This document shows positions 48,395 through 60,910 of a DNA stretch of 64,000 nt, one piece after another. The notes beneath the pieces were generated by a model. That model was not told where the DNA came from. It saw nothing but the letters and a program-made list of their open reading frames with translations, and did not search any database. Location: the NCBI GenBank assembly GCA_008632985.1, contig QPGO01000086.1, forward strand, positions 248,001 to 312,000. Reading direction: 5' to 3'. Position 1 is the stretch's first letter; each line of letters begins with the position of its first letter. The stretch comes from Psammoneis japonica (lineage: Eukaryota). The translations under genes were made by a program, and so were the position numbers.

Positions 48395-49855
48395 GTGTTG
48401 GTGTTGCTTTTGCTGCTCGTCGAGAGAGCTCTCTCATTGCAAGCGACAAGTGACAAGGCAACGAGCGTTCATAATGGCAAGAATACAAGCAACAGCAACA
48501 ACATTATGTTTCCATTCATGGTGTTGCGAGAACCATCTTGGTCGGAACTGTCGCGCAGTTTGGATCAGTACGAAAAGGAAGTTTCTCAGCTCTTGTTGGG
48601 ACTGAGTAAATCCTTGGAAGTCATGTACATGTCGGAATTTGAGTTTGCATTTGACAAAAAGCAATACGTGCTGAGTGACAGCGTCCAAGAGCGCATACGG
48701 ATCTTGTCGGAAATTACAACGCAAGACGGTGCTGTCTTGCGCGAATTGCTCTTGCAGCCATTTCCCGTGATGTTGCAAGTCTCGGACGAAAAAGAGGAAC
48801 TTGATGAATTTCCATCAGAGGATGCAACAGACAAGGAAATACCTCCAACACTGCCACCTCCAAGATTCAATACCCTTCATACCACCTACTCCAACCACGA
48901 CAAGTCTTCCTATGATTCAGCAAGTCAAGTGATTGCTCACATGGTACGAGATTGGACCGTGCTTGGACAAAAGATTCGTGAATCGACCCATTCATGGTGT
49001 GTCTCGCACCTCAAATTACACTGTCATCCATCCGGGAGCAGTGTCTTGGTTCCTGGTGCTGGACTTGGTCGATTGGCGTACGACATTTATTTGGAAGGGT
49101 ACAATGTACAAGCCAACGAACTGTCCTTATCCATGGCTGCCGCATCTCATGCAATCTTGGTGGGAAACGCTTCGGGCATTCTCCATCCGTTTGCCTTGGA
49201 TTATTTGGTCAATGAAATCGATGAACAACAACGATACGAAAAGGTGTCGTTTCCAGATGTTGATACTAGGAGCAACAACGACGAAAATGCTGCAGGCGGA
49301 GTCCTTTCGTATTTTATTGGAGACTTTGTTGAGTTGTATGGAAATGCTCGTTCAAGCAGTCGTTATGGGGCCATTGTCACTTGCTTTTTTCTCGACACTG
49401 CTACCAATCTCTACGAGTACGTGGCGACCATTATTAATTTATTGGAAAATGGCGGTGTATGGATCAATGTCGGTCCGCTTCAATGGCATTCCAATGCCAT
49501 CCTACGACCGTCTGCTGGCGAGCTCAAGTTTTTGTTGCAAAGCATGGGGTTTGAAATCAAATCATGGTCAATCGATACCCAACCAATGGATTATCGAAAT
49601 GACGACGAGGAGATTCGTTCCACAAAGTACGAAGGCTTTCGCGCACTTCGATTTGTGGCGACTCTTGCCAAGACAGACAACAATAAAGCCAAAAAGCAAG
49701 TGACACGAGCCATTCAAAACATGAGAATACGGCAATTGAATGGTGCGATCAGTACTGCCACTGGATTGGAAAATGTGAGTAGCAACAAGGCATATCCGTC
49801 AAAACCGCAATCGACGGTACGGATTGAAGAGATTGATGGAGAGCAAGTAGATTGA
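48395..49855 (+). CDS. Carnosine N-methyltransferase-like (N2227) SAM-dependent methyltransferase; start uncertain (first in-frame ATG ~48506)
   Basis: VRDW, VLVPGAGLGRLA, NELS, GDFVELY, VTCFFLDTA and GGVWINVGPLQWH. Confidence 0.85.
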   Translation: MLVLLLLLVERALSLQATSDKATSVHNGKNTSNSNNIMFPFMVLREPSWSELSRSLDQYEKEVSQLLLGLSKSLEVMYMSEFEFAFDKKQYVLSDSVQERIRILSEITTQDGAVLRELLLQPFPVMLQVSDEKEELDEFPSEDATDKEIPPTLPPPRFNTLHTTYSNHDKSSYDSASQVIAHMVRDWTVLGQKIRESTHSWCVSHLKLHCHPSGSSVLVPGAGLGRLAYDIYLEGYNVQANELSLSMAAASHAILVGNASGILHPFALDYLVNEIDEQQRYEKVSFPDVDTRSNNDENAAGGVLSYFIGDFVELYGNARSSSRYGAIVTCFFLDTATNLYEYVATIINLLENGGVWINVGPLQWHSNAILRPSAGELKFLLQSMGFEIKSWSIDTQPMDYRNDDEEIRSTKYEGFRALRFVATLAKTDNNKAKKQVTRAIQNMRIRQLNGAISTATGLENVSSNKAYPSKPQSTVRIEEIDGEQVD

Positions 49856-49935
49856 ATCGTAAGCTAGTGTAGAGTAGAGCCAGCGTGGCAAGTCTATAGC
49901 TTAGAGTCATCAATCACAGTGTCCAGAGAGTGCTT

Positions 49936-51882
49936 CTATAAAAGTTCAATAACTTCTGGTGAAGAGGAAGATACTCCATTCTTGAGTGGACCTTGCTTTG
50001 AATCGGATAATGACGACTTTTCGCTCTTTTTGGTATTCACAGACGACAATTTCTTTACTTCTTCTTCGTCCATGACCACGACTTCATCGTCCGACTCTTC
50101 TCCGTCGTGGGTTGTTTCTGGACCGACAGGCAATCCCTCTTCCTTGGCTTGTCGTTGAGCTTCCAAAAAGGCATTTGGTACTCCACCCTTTTGTTCCGCA
50201 AGTGTATACATGATTTTCTCCAGCGCTGCCGATTCCTTCTTGATTTGCTCCTAGGTTGCCGTCTTTTTCAAATTGTCAATCAATCGTTCAAAGTAGCAAA
50301 AGGGCGCCACTGTCCCGTACCATTTAAAGGCATCCTTTTCCAATTGCAACAATCGAAGCACCTCCGTTCGTGTCGATTCTTCCAAGAGTGCTCTGCATTG
50401 TTTGAATAGTGAGGATCCCTTGAAATGCTTGGTTTCCAAGTCGTCCACGGTGGCATTGAGTAATTCTTGTTTCTTCTCCGCCTTGCGTTGTTCTGCCCGT
50501 TCGGCACGCGTCCGTTCCGATGCCCGTCGTGCCTCATCCAACTTGCGAGCTTCCTCGGCTTCTTCTCGTTGTTGCTATATCATAAGGAGTGTGAAAAAGC
50601 AGCACAAAAGTAACCATAATGAGAATAGAGTGTAGAGATACGATACTCATAAGGTTCCACATAATGTTTTACAAAACTCACCACGATCCACATCATGGCA
50701 GCTTCGGTAAGCGCCATTACGTCATTGTTTAAATTGCCACTACTATTGGGAGAAGAAGAAGACGCCACAGTAACATGCCGAATACCCATGAGCATTTCTC
50801 GAGAATCGGTAAATCCCATTTGTCTCAATTGTCCAAAGGCAGCCGATTCTTGTGGATTTTGTGGTTGTACATCATAATTGGCAGGTCGTTCTTGTAGCGT
50901 TGACGATGCTTCTTGTTGAGATTGTGTATCATGATTTGCAGCAGCTTCCGTCTTGATGGATGGAGACGACCGATTACTACTACTAGTCTTGGTTGTCGTT
51001 GATTCAGACGTTACAAGGCCATTCATGTTTGGCATTGTTGTCATGGAAATGCCATTCCATAGTACGGCAGGAGCAGATGCACCACTTATGCCTTGTTGTA
51101 GGGCTGCAAGGTCAGCGGGCAATGGAAGAAAGCTCATCACGCCAGCACCATTGTGTGCTGCTGCTAGTGGCATACCCATTGGTATAGTAGGGGGGTAAAC
51201 GACTTGCTGCGAAACGTGATGTTGTAGTCTGCGTGGGATTTTTATCTTCTTTTTGCTGCTGGATGATGATTTCGTTTTGGGTAGTGATGCGACATGATGG
51301 GAAGACGTTGGAGTAGTAGTAGTAGCGGATCGCTTTTTTTGACTCGAGCTACTAGAAGAAGAAGCAGTTGCCCGCGCAGCCGCAAGAGGAGCAGGTGGAG
51401 CGGGTCCTCGTCCTGACGGTTGCTTTTTATGGGATTGTAAAGCAGCCATGGTTTCAGGATCGACCGTGTTGTTGCTGTTTGCGTAAAACATGCAACGAAC
51501 CGCTTCTATCCATACATCCTTTTTCGATCCAGAACGAGGCTTCCCATGGGGAGGAGCCGTTGGTCTATGGTTCTCCGAAGCCTGTCTAATCCAGCCCACA
51601 GTGTTTTGAGATCCGCGACTATTATATGGTGTATGTGATATGTACAGAAGAACATGAGAGACTTGAATAAGAATCTCTCACAGAAAATAGCATCCATATT
51701 GTCTCCACACTAAAATCAAACTCACCCTTGAAGGACTTTATATTGGCATTTCCTGTTCGTATCCATGCTTCCCACGTGTCGGAAAGCGGAGTACTGCTTC
51801 TCTCAAAAAGCTCAACAATAAAGGCGGCTGCCTCTTTTGGTATTTGATAACTCAACCTTGTTGAATTGTTGTTGCTACTCAT
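49936..51882 (-). CDS. Hypothetical 3-exon protein with UBA-like motif; in-frame TAG at 50251-50253
   Basis: ORFs 51622..51882, 50580..51599, 50251..50541 and 49936..50211 lie in series with plausible GT-AG introns; motif QLRQMGFTD. Confidence 0.6.
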
Positions 51883-52267
51883 ATTCCTGACTCGTTATAA
51901 AGCTTGGAATCAGTCAAATGATGTATAACAACAACAGAGGTATCGCTATGACAGAAACAGAAGTCAATGCAAGAACATAACCCGCGACCGCAGATTGATG
52001 ATGCGATCATTGCTCATGGTCGAATGAATGCTAAACACAGACAGGCGCACAGATTTTTCCAAATTGTGGGGCTCTACGCATCCATCGACAAACAGACAAC
52101 ATTAAAACAAACACGTGGACAAATCTGATTGGCTAATCTGCTTTTTGTGCCTTTTGCGGTCATTTTTTTCAACGCAAGAACTGCGAAAAACACACCGCTC
52201 ATCAACGCTGTGTTGTTCTATTGTCTATCTGTTGTTGCGCTTATTCTAACCATACAGTGGTACGACG

Positions 52268-52911
52268 ATGAAGTCCTTTACTACTGCAACTACAACGCTC
52301 TGTCTCTTTCTATCCCTTTCTGCATCCCACGCTTCGGACGACACGGACGCGGTCACATGTGGCTCTGCCATTAAATTAACACACGTGGAGAGTGGCAATC
52401 AATTTCAATTGAATTCGGAAAATCAAAAACTCGGTACGGGTTCGGGACAACAACTCGTAACGTTGGTACAACAAAAATCTTCGACGTCGTCACTATGGTG
52501 GGTCCGCGAGGGCAACAACGATCCCCTCTGTGATACGGCCTCACCCATTGCTGTGGTTCCACGATTCGATTGGTTCATCTCGACACAATGAAGAATTTAC
52601 ACACGCACAACATTCCATCACCACTATCACGTCAACAAGAAGTGACAGCGTTTGGTCAAAACGGACAAGGCGATACCGGTGATGATTGGACTGTGGTGTG
52701 CTCTACCAAGTATTGGAAACGCAACGAACCCATTCGTTTGCTTCATGTCGATACGAAAAAGTACCTTTCGGCCAGTTCGCAAGTTCAATTCAATCAACAG
52801 AATTGTGGTGGCAATTGTCCCATTATGAATCATTTGGAAGCCTTTGCGAGAAAGTCATTGGATGATTACAGTCTCTTCAAAGTAGAGTTGGGTGTGCATA
52901 TTTCAAAGTAA
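52268..52911 (+). CDS. SDF2: Stromal cell-derived factor 2-like (MIR domains), one frameshift near 52551
   Basis: Signal peptide, VTCGSAIKL.H, GTGSGQQ.VT, LHTH...SPLSRQQEVTAFG..G.GDTGDDW, IRL.HVDT.KYL. One extra C restores PIACGSTIRLVH. Confidence 0.9.
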
Positions 52912-52954
52912 AAAGACGTAGAGAAGATATGATAGTAGTAATAGTAGTAGTTAT

Positions 52955-53222
52955 GTCGATCGTTTATTGCTGTAAGTCTCTTCCTTAGAAGAACTCCAAT
53001 TCTACTAGCTTCGAACACTACTTCTAGCTACAGCATTACATCGTGTTGATCGTCTAACGATGGATCGAAGTAATAGTAGTAGTTTGAACTATGCGAAAAT
53101 GATGTCGATCGTTTATTGCTGTAGTTTCTTCCTTAGGTCTCTGATTCTAGTATCGAAACATAGCACATTCGAATAGTACTTCTACCTAGCGTAGATCGTG
53201 TTGATCTTTTTAACGATGGATC
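52955..53222. repeat. Diverged tandem duplication (~150 bp period) between convergent genes
   Basis: gtcgatcgtttattgctgta, cttccttag, atcgtgttgatc and taacgatggatc each occur twice. Confidence 0.85.
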
Positions 53223-53300
53223 TATACAGCAATACGTAAGTAATAACGTCGACGACGTTTTCCTCCTCATGATTCGGGTTGCTTGGATTCTTCTTCTTCT

Positions 53301-54416
53301 TCATCTCCCCATCTTGCCGCATGGACCATTCATTCCTGCATCCCCACTCATAGTATTATATCCGAATTGCCATTCATTCCACCATTCATAGCAGCAGTGC
53401 TGCAACACCAATCTCTTCATCGTTGCACTCTCCACGCTACCATTTTCGGCATGATTCGAGGCGGATAGTCCCGTCGTGGAATTCCGTTGTACACTACTAC
53501 TACTCGTACTAGTATTCCCTCGAGGCAACGGATCACACCACGAACATACCTTCCATTGTCCCATGGCCAATCGCCACGCCAGCACGGTTTCACCCTGTGC
53601 CTTGGCACGTGAAATGGCCAAAATTCGTTTTTGTTTTCGTGTCAATTCCTGTTTTTCCAATTCACGCTTCTTGGCATTTTCTTGTACAATAAATTGATAT
53701 GTCGTTAATCCATTCTTGATTAATCCCAAATGAAACACCAACAATTGTACGACTAAACTCCACATGACGAGAATGAAAAATCCAAACACGACATTCGTCA
53801 CCGCCACGGCTGTCGAGGAACCAATCCAACTGTCTTGTGCTCGTCTCTTGGCATCACCATTGTCGTCAACAAAAATGGCAATTGCTACACCCAAAACACT
53901 CCCAAATTGAAACAATAGCATAAAGGTCAAACACCACAGCGTCACATAAAAGTGTTTGTAATTCGCTTGACCGATACACGTATTGAGCCATTGACAATGA
54001 TGATCAAAGTGTGCCACACACTTGTCACAATATTTACAATGCATGGCATGGTCATGTACTTGTACATCACAAACCCAACATTGTTTTGTAATTTCTTCGT
54101 CTGTAGTATCATCTGTATGATGAGATGCGAGTTTCGGAAGAGGCAACCACGATGCTTTTGTTTTGTTGTTGTCATTTGTTTTCTTATTCAACGCTCCCGC
54201 CAAGAGCGAATCCATGGGATCAATGACACATGCCATGTAGGCATAGGTTGCCGATGTGACACAAATCAATACATATGCTGAAGTCAAGGCAATGGACGCG
54301 GCCAGGGGCAACATGGGTGTTACGAAAAGCAAAAATTGCACCATGAGTACCGGCAGCGTAATCCATGTCACAACCTGTAAGAGGGACCATGGACGACTGA
54401 GGCCGTTTTCGCGCAT
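53301..54416 (-). CDS. DHHC palmitoyltransferase (3' end uncertain)
   Basis: CWVC..HCKYCDKCVAHFDHHCQWLNTCIG..NYKHF, FHL.L...GLTTY; likely start MRENGLSRPW. Confidence 0.9.
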   Translation of the reverse strand: MRENGLSRPWSLLQVVTWITLPVLMVQFLLFVTPMLPLAASIALTSAYVLICVTSATYAYMACVIDPMDSLLAGALNKKTNDNNKTKASWLPLPKLASHHTDDTTDEEITKQCWVCDVQVHDHAMHCKYCDKCVAHFDHHCQWLNTCIGQANYKHFYVTLWCLTFMLLFQFGSVLGVAIAIFVDDNGDAKRRAQDSWIGSSTAVAVTNVVFGFFILVMWSLVVQLLVFHLGLIKNGLTTYQFIVQENAKKRELEKQELTRKQKRILAISRAKAQGETVLAWRLAMGQWKVCSWCDPLPRGNTSTSSSSVQRNSTTGLSASNHAENGSVESATMKRLVLQHCCYEWWNEWQFGYNTMSGDAGMNGPCGKMGR

Positions 54417-55055
54417 AGTACTGTATAGAAACGAGAGAGTTGTTGTTGAGTTTGAGTTGTATAGACGATGATCCAATATGGTTAATGCTCTTTTCTCTAT
54501 CGTGCCATGAGAGCTTTGTTGCTGCTTGCTGTCTTGAATGTTGTTTGCGTGTTGTTTTCTGCCTGTGCGGTGTTTTCTGCAAGACGCATTGTCTGTTTGT
54601 CTGAAAGAAAGTTGTGAACTGCCCAACGTTCATTGGAGTTTCGCTGATAACGGTCTGGCCATACAAACACATGTTACGTAACGTCAAAGACCATATAAAA
54701 CTAATATTTAATAATGAAATATCTCCAGTCAGGTTTCCCGCAGCTTTACTATCAGATTCTTTCTTATATAAGTTATGGAATTTGGTTAATATATTAAAAA
54801 TTGAAAACCCAATGCATGTTTCTTCGCACCGCTGATGATGCATCCATCCAAGAACACATCTTTGCAAGACTTGTGTGGTGTAGCTGCTGTACATGTAAGG
54901 CATTGCTACATCCGAACAACGAGAAAGAAAAAGAGCAACGTTCGTTTGTATATATAAGCTCAAAGAAGTCAACAACAACTCGGTAAAGTATTTCTTCTGG
55001 AGAGAGAGCGACACAGAGGCGTTCAGCGAGATAAAGCACTCTAGTAGCTCCAATC

Positions 55056-57644
55056 ATGATGAATGTCAAGAATAGAATTGCTTCGTTTGAAGCTAAAAAC
55101 AAACAAGTTTCGGATTCCAAACATTCACCACCCGATAAGAACCATGACGCATTATCTACAACACAAGCAGCAACAGCAGCCGTGTCGGACACCAGCATGG
55201 CAAGTCAAAACAGACGAAATCGACTTGCAGCGGATAGTCATGCAAGACAAAACAACAACACCTTGGCATCAGACGACGAATGAGACAACAAATGAGAAGG
55301 AAAGCAACGAAAACAACAACAGCGTCATCATCATCGTCGTTTGCTCCAACGACTACAATGCAATCCAGCAGTACTAGTGCGACGACGACGACAGCACAAC
55401 AACAACAACAACAATAGCTTTTCCACAACAACTCCATCACGACATCAACAAAAAGTACAAGCATCTTTCAATCACGAAGACAACTTACGTCCAATCGTCG
55501 TTTTGTTCATACCGTCAGTCACGAAAGTTCCGATGAAATCATGGGCAGCGGCAGTCATAGCAACAATAACGAACAAGAAGAAGGTGACGAATTGATGTTA
55601 TTGTCTCCCAATCGGAGATTGTCTCCATCACGTATTGCTAAATCCTATCGAATGCAACGCATGAAGAATAATGGGACGAACAATACCAATACTACTCAAC
55701 AACAGCAACAACAGGATGGCTCGTATCAAGAGGATGTATTATTGTCGTTGTCTACAAATGACGATGAAGCTACGCTTACCAGTGTTCGACAAGTGGTAAA
55801 TGCGGGTGCTCCCGCCATGAACAACAACAACAATCAAATCGCAAGATATTCATCGAAATTTCAATCATGATAATTTCGGTACGACCAATGCAATAATACC
55901 AAACAAAGTTGGTTGAGCCAAGGTGGTGATGCGCATCAAAACAGTGTCGTGTTGCGAACGGCATCCTCATCCGATTATGAAAGCGATGGCAATCACAACA
56001 ACAAAAAGACGGGCGGGTGGTGGTGTAACAAGCAGACAAAAGAATCGATCCGCACCCGTCTCGGCCATGGGAGCCTTCATGTCGCATAATAGTAATCATC
56101 ATCATTCCTCGTTTCGTCATTATGATGAGGAAGACGATCGTACCTTTGATTACGGATCACTCCTTGAAGAGACGAGTACACAAGGGAGCTTTGATACGCA
56201 ACAACGAGAGGCACAACGCAAGGCCAAAGAAGAAAAGGATCAACAAGCCAGTGTTGGCTTTGATCAAGAAGCATCGTCGCCACTCATTAATAAAGAGGAT
56301 GTTGAGTTTTATAAAAATGCCGTTGATTCCGGTGTCGCCAAGGCGGGTGTCGGAGTGGTGGCGGCCGGTGCCGTGGGAGGACTACTCTTGGGGCCTGTCG
56401 GTATCTTGTTGGGTGTGGCGGCCGTGGGGATTGGTGTCGGTGCCATGCAGATTCCAGAAGAACAGCGTGCCAATGTCAAGGAAAAAGCGGCCAGTGCCGT
56501 TTTTTCCGCAACGGACAAGCTCTCGACGAGCTGTGGGACAGCGTGTATACAGTCTGGCATCGTGGATCAACTGCCTCCCGAAATGACACAGTGTTATACT
56601 GGAACGGACGCCGAAGAAAATACAGTCGGCGCCACTGCTGTAGTAGAGCCGGATAATGCACAAGACACGGCCAGCAAGGGAGCGTCCGAAGCAGTAGCAG
56701 CAGCAGCAGCAAACGATACCAGCATGGAAAAGGGCGGTGTCAATGATAGCTTTAACAGCACCATGCGAGGGTTGATTCCGGAAAAATCGACACGAAAATC
56801 AACGTCTCCATCTCGGAGAGCCGCGTGCTTGCGAGAAGGTAAGGATTGCGTCCAATAGTGCTTATGCTTTTTTGTCGTTGTACCGCGCGTTTGAAGAAAG
56901 GCTCATGTGCGTATTCACAAATCTCACTCGTAGTGAGAATAGTTCCAGTAAATCAGATTCATGGGCTGAGTCCAATACAGCAGCCGCGGGCATGGCTGGA
57001 TGTCATGGCCAGTGCCAACACCACTATTCCTGAAAAGAACGAAGCCATGGAGGAGATTGCAATATTGGCCAAAGACAAGGTACGTACTTTCTGCTGTGGT
57101 ACTCTATCTCTTCGATCTAGCTTTTTTTTCCAAATCGAAATGCTTGTATTGCTTGTTTAGAAACATGCGCGGGTATTTCTTGATGTAAGTGAACAGTAGC
57201 TACGGAGAAATACTCATTGAATAAACCCGTCGTCTCGTCGCTCACTATTTTCTCGTCATTTTCTTTCAATTTCAGGAGGGAATCTTGGACTCGCTCATGT
57301 GGATAATCAGGACGTATCTGACAAAGCGAGAAACATTCGTACCCGTAACTCAAGACGAGACCTTTACAGTTAAATTGGCCGCATGTTGCTGTGTCACGTT
57401 GGGCAAGGCTCATTGCGCTCTTGTGCACACCGGAGGCGATTTGCTGCTCATGAGCATGTACGAGCACGGCAAAGTACCCGAAGACCGTCAATTGGCACAA
57501 ATGCTGTATGAAACTCCTCATCATACTTTTGAAAAGGATGTGTTTGTGCTAAAACCACTCACCATGCCCCAAGCACAAGAATTGGCAAAGTCCATCACGC
57601 AGCTAGCTGGCGAAGACGGTGCGGCTGGAAACCCAAAAAGATGA
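55056..57644 (+). CDS. Hypothetical multi-exon protein: N/Q/T-rich N-terminus, Gly-zipper-like TM segment, helical C-terminal domain; 5' part interrupted
   Basis: Serial ORFs at 55056, 55541 and 55923; short exons with GT-AG introns between ~56840 and 57275; final exon ends at 57644. Confidence 0.55.
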
Positions 57645-58059
57645 TGATGGTCCCAAAGCTACCTGTATTCCTACATTATTTTCGTAATACACATGATGTT
57701 TGATATATGGGAGTCATCTCTAGCTAGCTATTGGCAGAGCTCTGTCTAGCTATTAGTGCTAGATAGTAAGAGCCAGCAGAGAATACTGTAGAAGAAGGGC
57801 ACTGTATGCGCCAGCTCGCGACAAAGCAATGTCAAGCATAATTCTTATTTTACATTCTCACATCCAGGGATGTCATCAGTCTTTTTTTCATAGAAAGGGG
57901 GTTTTGCGCGGTTATGAACATGGAAACGAACATGGAATTGAGTTATTGCGCGCGTAAGTGTTCGAGGTAATCTGCGCACGGAATTTGAATCGCATCTGGC
58001 GCCAACTCGGTCGTCTCATGGGGACATCGTAGCCAGTTCGCTAATGTTGAATGTGGTCT

Positions 58060-59983
58060 TGAGTCAGCTTGATGACAGCATCTCGTACAGGCCATGACGG
58101 CATGTGCATTGCTTTGGCGCTGGCACAAAGACAGACCGGCACACCACCATCTTCCCAACCTGGGCGTCTGGAGCTGATCTTTGAAGAAGGAATCCATGAT
58201 CTTCTCAAGCAAAGATGTGTTGCTCTAATGACAGCAATGCTTTCATGCTTTAGAGTCTGGTCTCTGCCATTTGTCAGATGTCTTTTTGAGACATCTGGCA
58301 CAGGACAGCACGCGCTTCCTTGCCATTCAGGCCATCGCATGACACCACAATGGGCAAGAAGTGACGGCGTTGCTCAAGGCATGGCTTGAGATGCTTGCAC
58401 TTGTTCTCCTTTTTGTGGTCCAGTGGGACTTGTCATGAGGTCTTGGAAGCACAAGAGGGTGGTGCATCCATGTTGGCTGCTCTGACATTTGTGTGACCAG
58501 GGCTGCACTTTTGTCCCACAACCCTCCAACTGAACAAGAAAGATTTCCACGGTTGCCATCTCTGGAGTTGTTGCCAACAGCAACTTGGCTCAACAGGCCA
58601 TTGGGTTCACTGTTGGCTGTTGGGCTTCTGACCAGCAGGGTTGACAAGAGGTTGGTCAAACAGACAGCTGGTCTGCCCTTCTTGTGCTGAAGGGCAGCAG
58701 CATGCTGCATGGAGAAATTGCAGTTGCATCCACCACAAGCCTCTTCAGCAAGTCAGAGGGGCTCTTTGCCACAATGCAGAAAAAGGCAGTTTTGAAATTG
58801 TTGACATGAAAGTTTGGTGCCGTTCAGTGTGGATGGGCACGCTGATGGCCAAGCACCAGCTTTGGTGCTGTGCCTTGCTGTGTGGGATTTGAGAGTGTCT
58901 TCATCATGCTTTGTGGCTTTTCCTGTTGGCAACTGCCATGCTTTCACCTTGTGTGCATTGCGTCCTTGTGAACTGCTGTGCTGGTGAATTGCATGCACGG
59001 CCGGCTGTGGAGCAAATGATCAATCTGCAATCATGTGGGAGCACGCATGAGAGTGCTTGCTCCTTCAAAGCTCTGCTTTGCAGAGCAGGAAAACAAATGG
59101 GATCATGTGCTGGAAGCACTGTAAAAAAGACCAGTTTTGGCTGCAAGGAGGGTGCCTTTCAGCTTTCTCGTGTGTCTGTGATGCACTGTGATGCAACACA
59201 CCAGAAGTGGCTGTGGAGCACATCGCAGCACATCATGTGTCTGCAACACACATTCCAAAATCACCGCATGCAGTGCATCGCTGCATTGAGTGGTCTAACG
59301 TCATCATCGACTCATGTGTTTTTCTGGTGCAGCATGTTGCAACATTCCACAGGGTGGTTAAACTCCTCATGATGAACAATTTCCCAGTCATCAGTGGGAA
59401 GTGTTGTTTCATCAAAAAACCATTGCTTCAAAACCATCACAATCAATGTGAGCATCTTGTGCAACTCTGCTGTCACATGCATCAAGAGCACTGAGGAAGT
59501 GGCAAAAGAGCTCACCCTGCTCCTCAAGCACACCTTGAGAAAATGGTGGAGTGTGACAAGCTGCCTTGCATTGACAAAAGCAGCACGACTCAGGCAGCAC
59601 CCACAAGCAATTAAAAGAGAGAAAGGGCTTCTGGGAATGACAGGACTTGTGCTTCAATTCAGAGAAGGGGAACTGACAAAGCATTTTTGGATGGAGTGAT
59701 TGTGCCAAGTTGCCCAAAGCATGCTCCAGTGCCCCCAGGCACTGAAAAGCCTCGCATTGAACCAGGCACCATTGAAAGAAGCTGAAGTGACAAGTGCAGT
59801 GAAAGAGTCCATGATTTCTTCTGACTTGGGTGCTGTTTTTGTCTGCCCAGAAATCTTCAACAGCAGAGAGCTGATGCTGATGCTGCCCCACCAAAGGGCG
59901 GCAGCTTCAGCGGTGGAGGCTGGGTGCAAACAATGGTCAAGTGCCCCCAGCACAGTGCGCCATTGCATCTTTCAGGGTGCACC
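58060..59983. repeat. TpA-depleted decayed repeat block, family not identified
   Basis: Very few TA dinucleotides; Tyr-free overlapping ORFs. Confidence 0.65.
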
Positions 59984-60910
59984 TGAGTTTTGGTGTTGTG
60001 CAGATCACAGACTGAACTCTTGATTGGTTGGGACCTGCTCCTTCCTCAGTCAATCTTGCAAGCATCTCCAGAGCAAGCAATGTTTTACCCCACCAACCTG
60101 GAGGAAGTTGGACATTGGCTCTCGCATTGTTTCTGTCGCAGTGCTGCTGCACGATCGAGTCAGTGATGTTGTCATGATGACCATCCCAATCTTGATGGCC
60201 ATTGTTTCATTTCAGTGATGAGGCAGAACGTTTCATCGGTTGTGTCCTCCTCTTCTGTGTGTCAGTTTTGTGATGGTCCTGGTTTTCATGGTGTGTTCAT
60301 TCACGGGGGAGAGAACATTCACGTCCACACAGATCTTTGACGCACATTTTCGTTGAGCATCTGGGATTGACGGTTCAAAGAGACATTTGACGACTGTGTC
60401 GTTCAACACATCGATGGAATTACCACCTTCTTCTTATGAAGAAATCCCACTCAACCATCTTCAATGTTTTTTCACATGTGTGGCCGAAGGGCGGTGTTGA
60501 GAAAGGAAAAAGATTCGTGGCGTCACCTGAAGAGATTGGCAGCAGCCATGGGAGACACCATGCACCTGTTGGACATTGGAAGGATGACATCTGTGAGAGC
60601 TGTCTTGGTTGCTATGACGACAATTACGAATGTCATTGGTGCCTCTACAACATTCTCTGGGATGTTGTTGCGCCACTCACACTGGTGGGTGAAATTGCAA
60701 AGAAGCAAAGAACTGCAACACAAACAGAAAGACTAAAAGAAAACGAGAGCATCTCATCATGTGAAGTAAGCTGGTAACATTGAACGCAGCTCTTACCACC
60801 TGTCCTAAAGTGGCGGCTTGATTCTGGCTCCGCTGGACTGTTCGTGAGATGAACAACGTGAACACCATTGGATTGCGGCGATGATCTCATCTCATCATCA
60901 TCCGTGCGAT
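59984..60910 (-). pseudogene. Third, 3'-truncated copy of the helicase-HA gene 5' region (inverted), with ~220 bp of extra sequence
   Basis: Reverse complement matches ~35113..35794, including acgaacagtccagcggagccagaatcaagccgccactttaggacaggtg and RANVQLPPGW.GKTLLALE. Confidence 0.88.
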
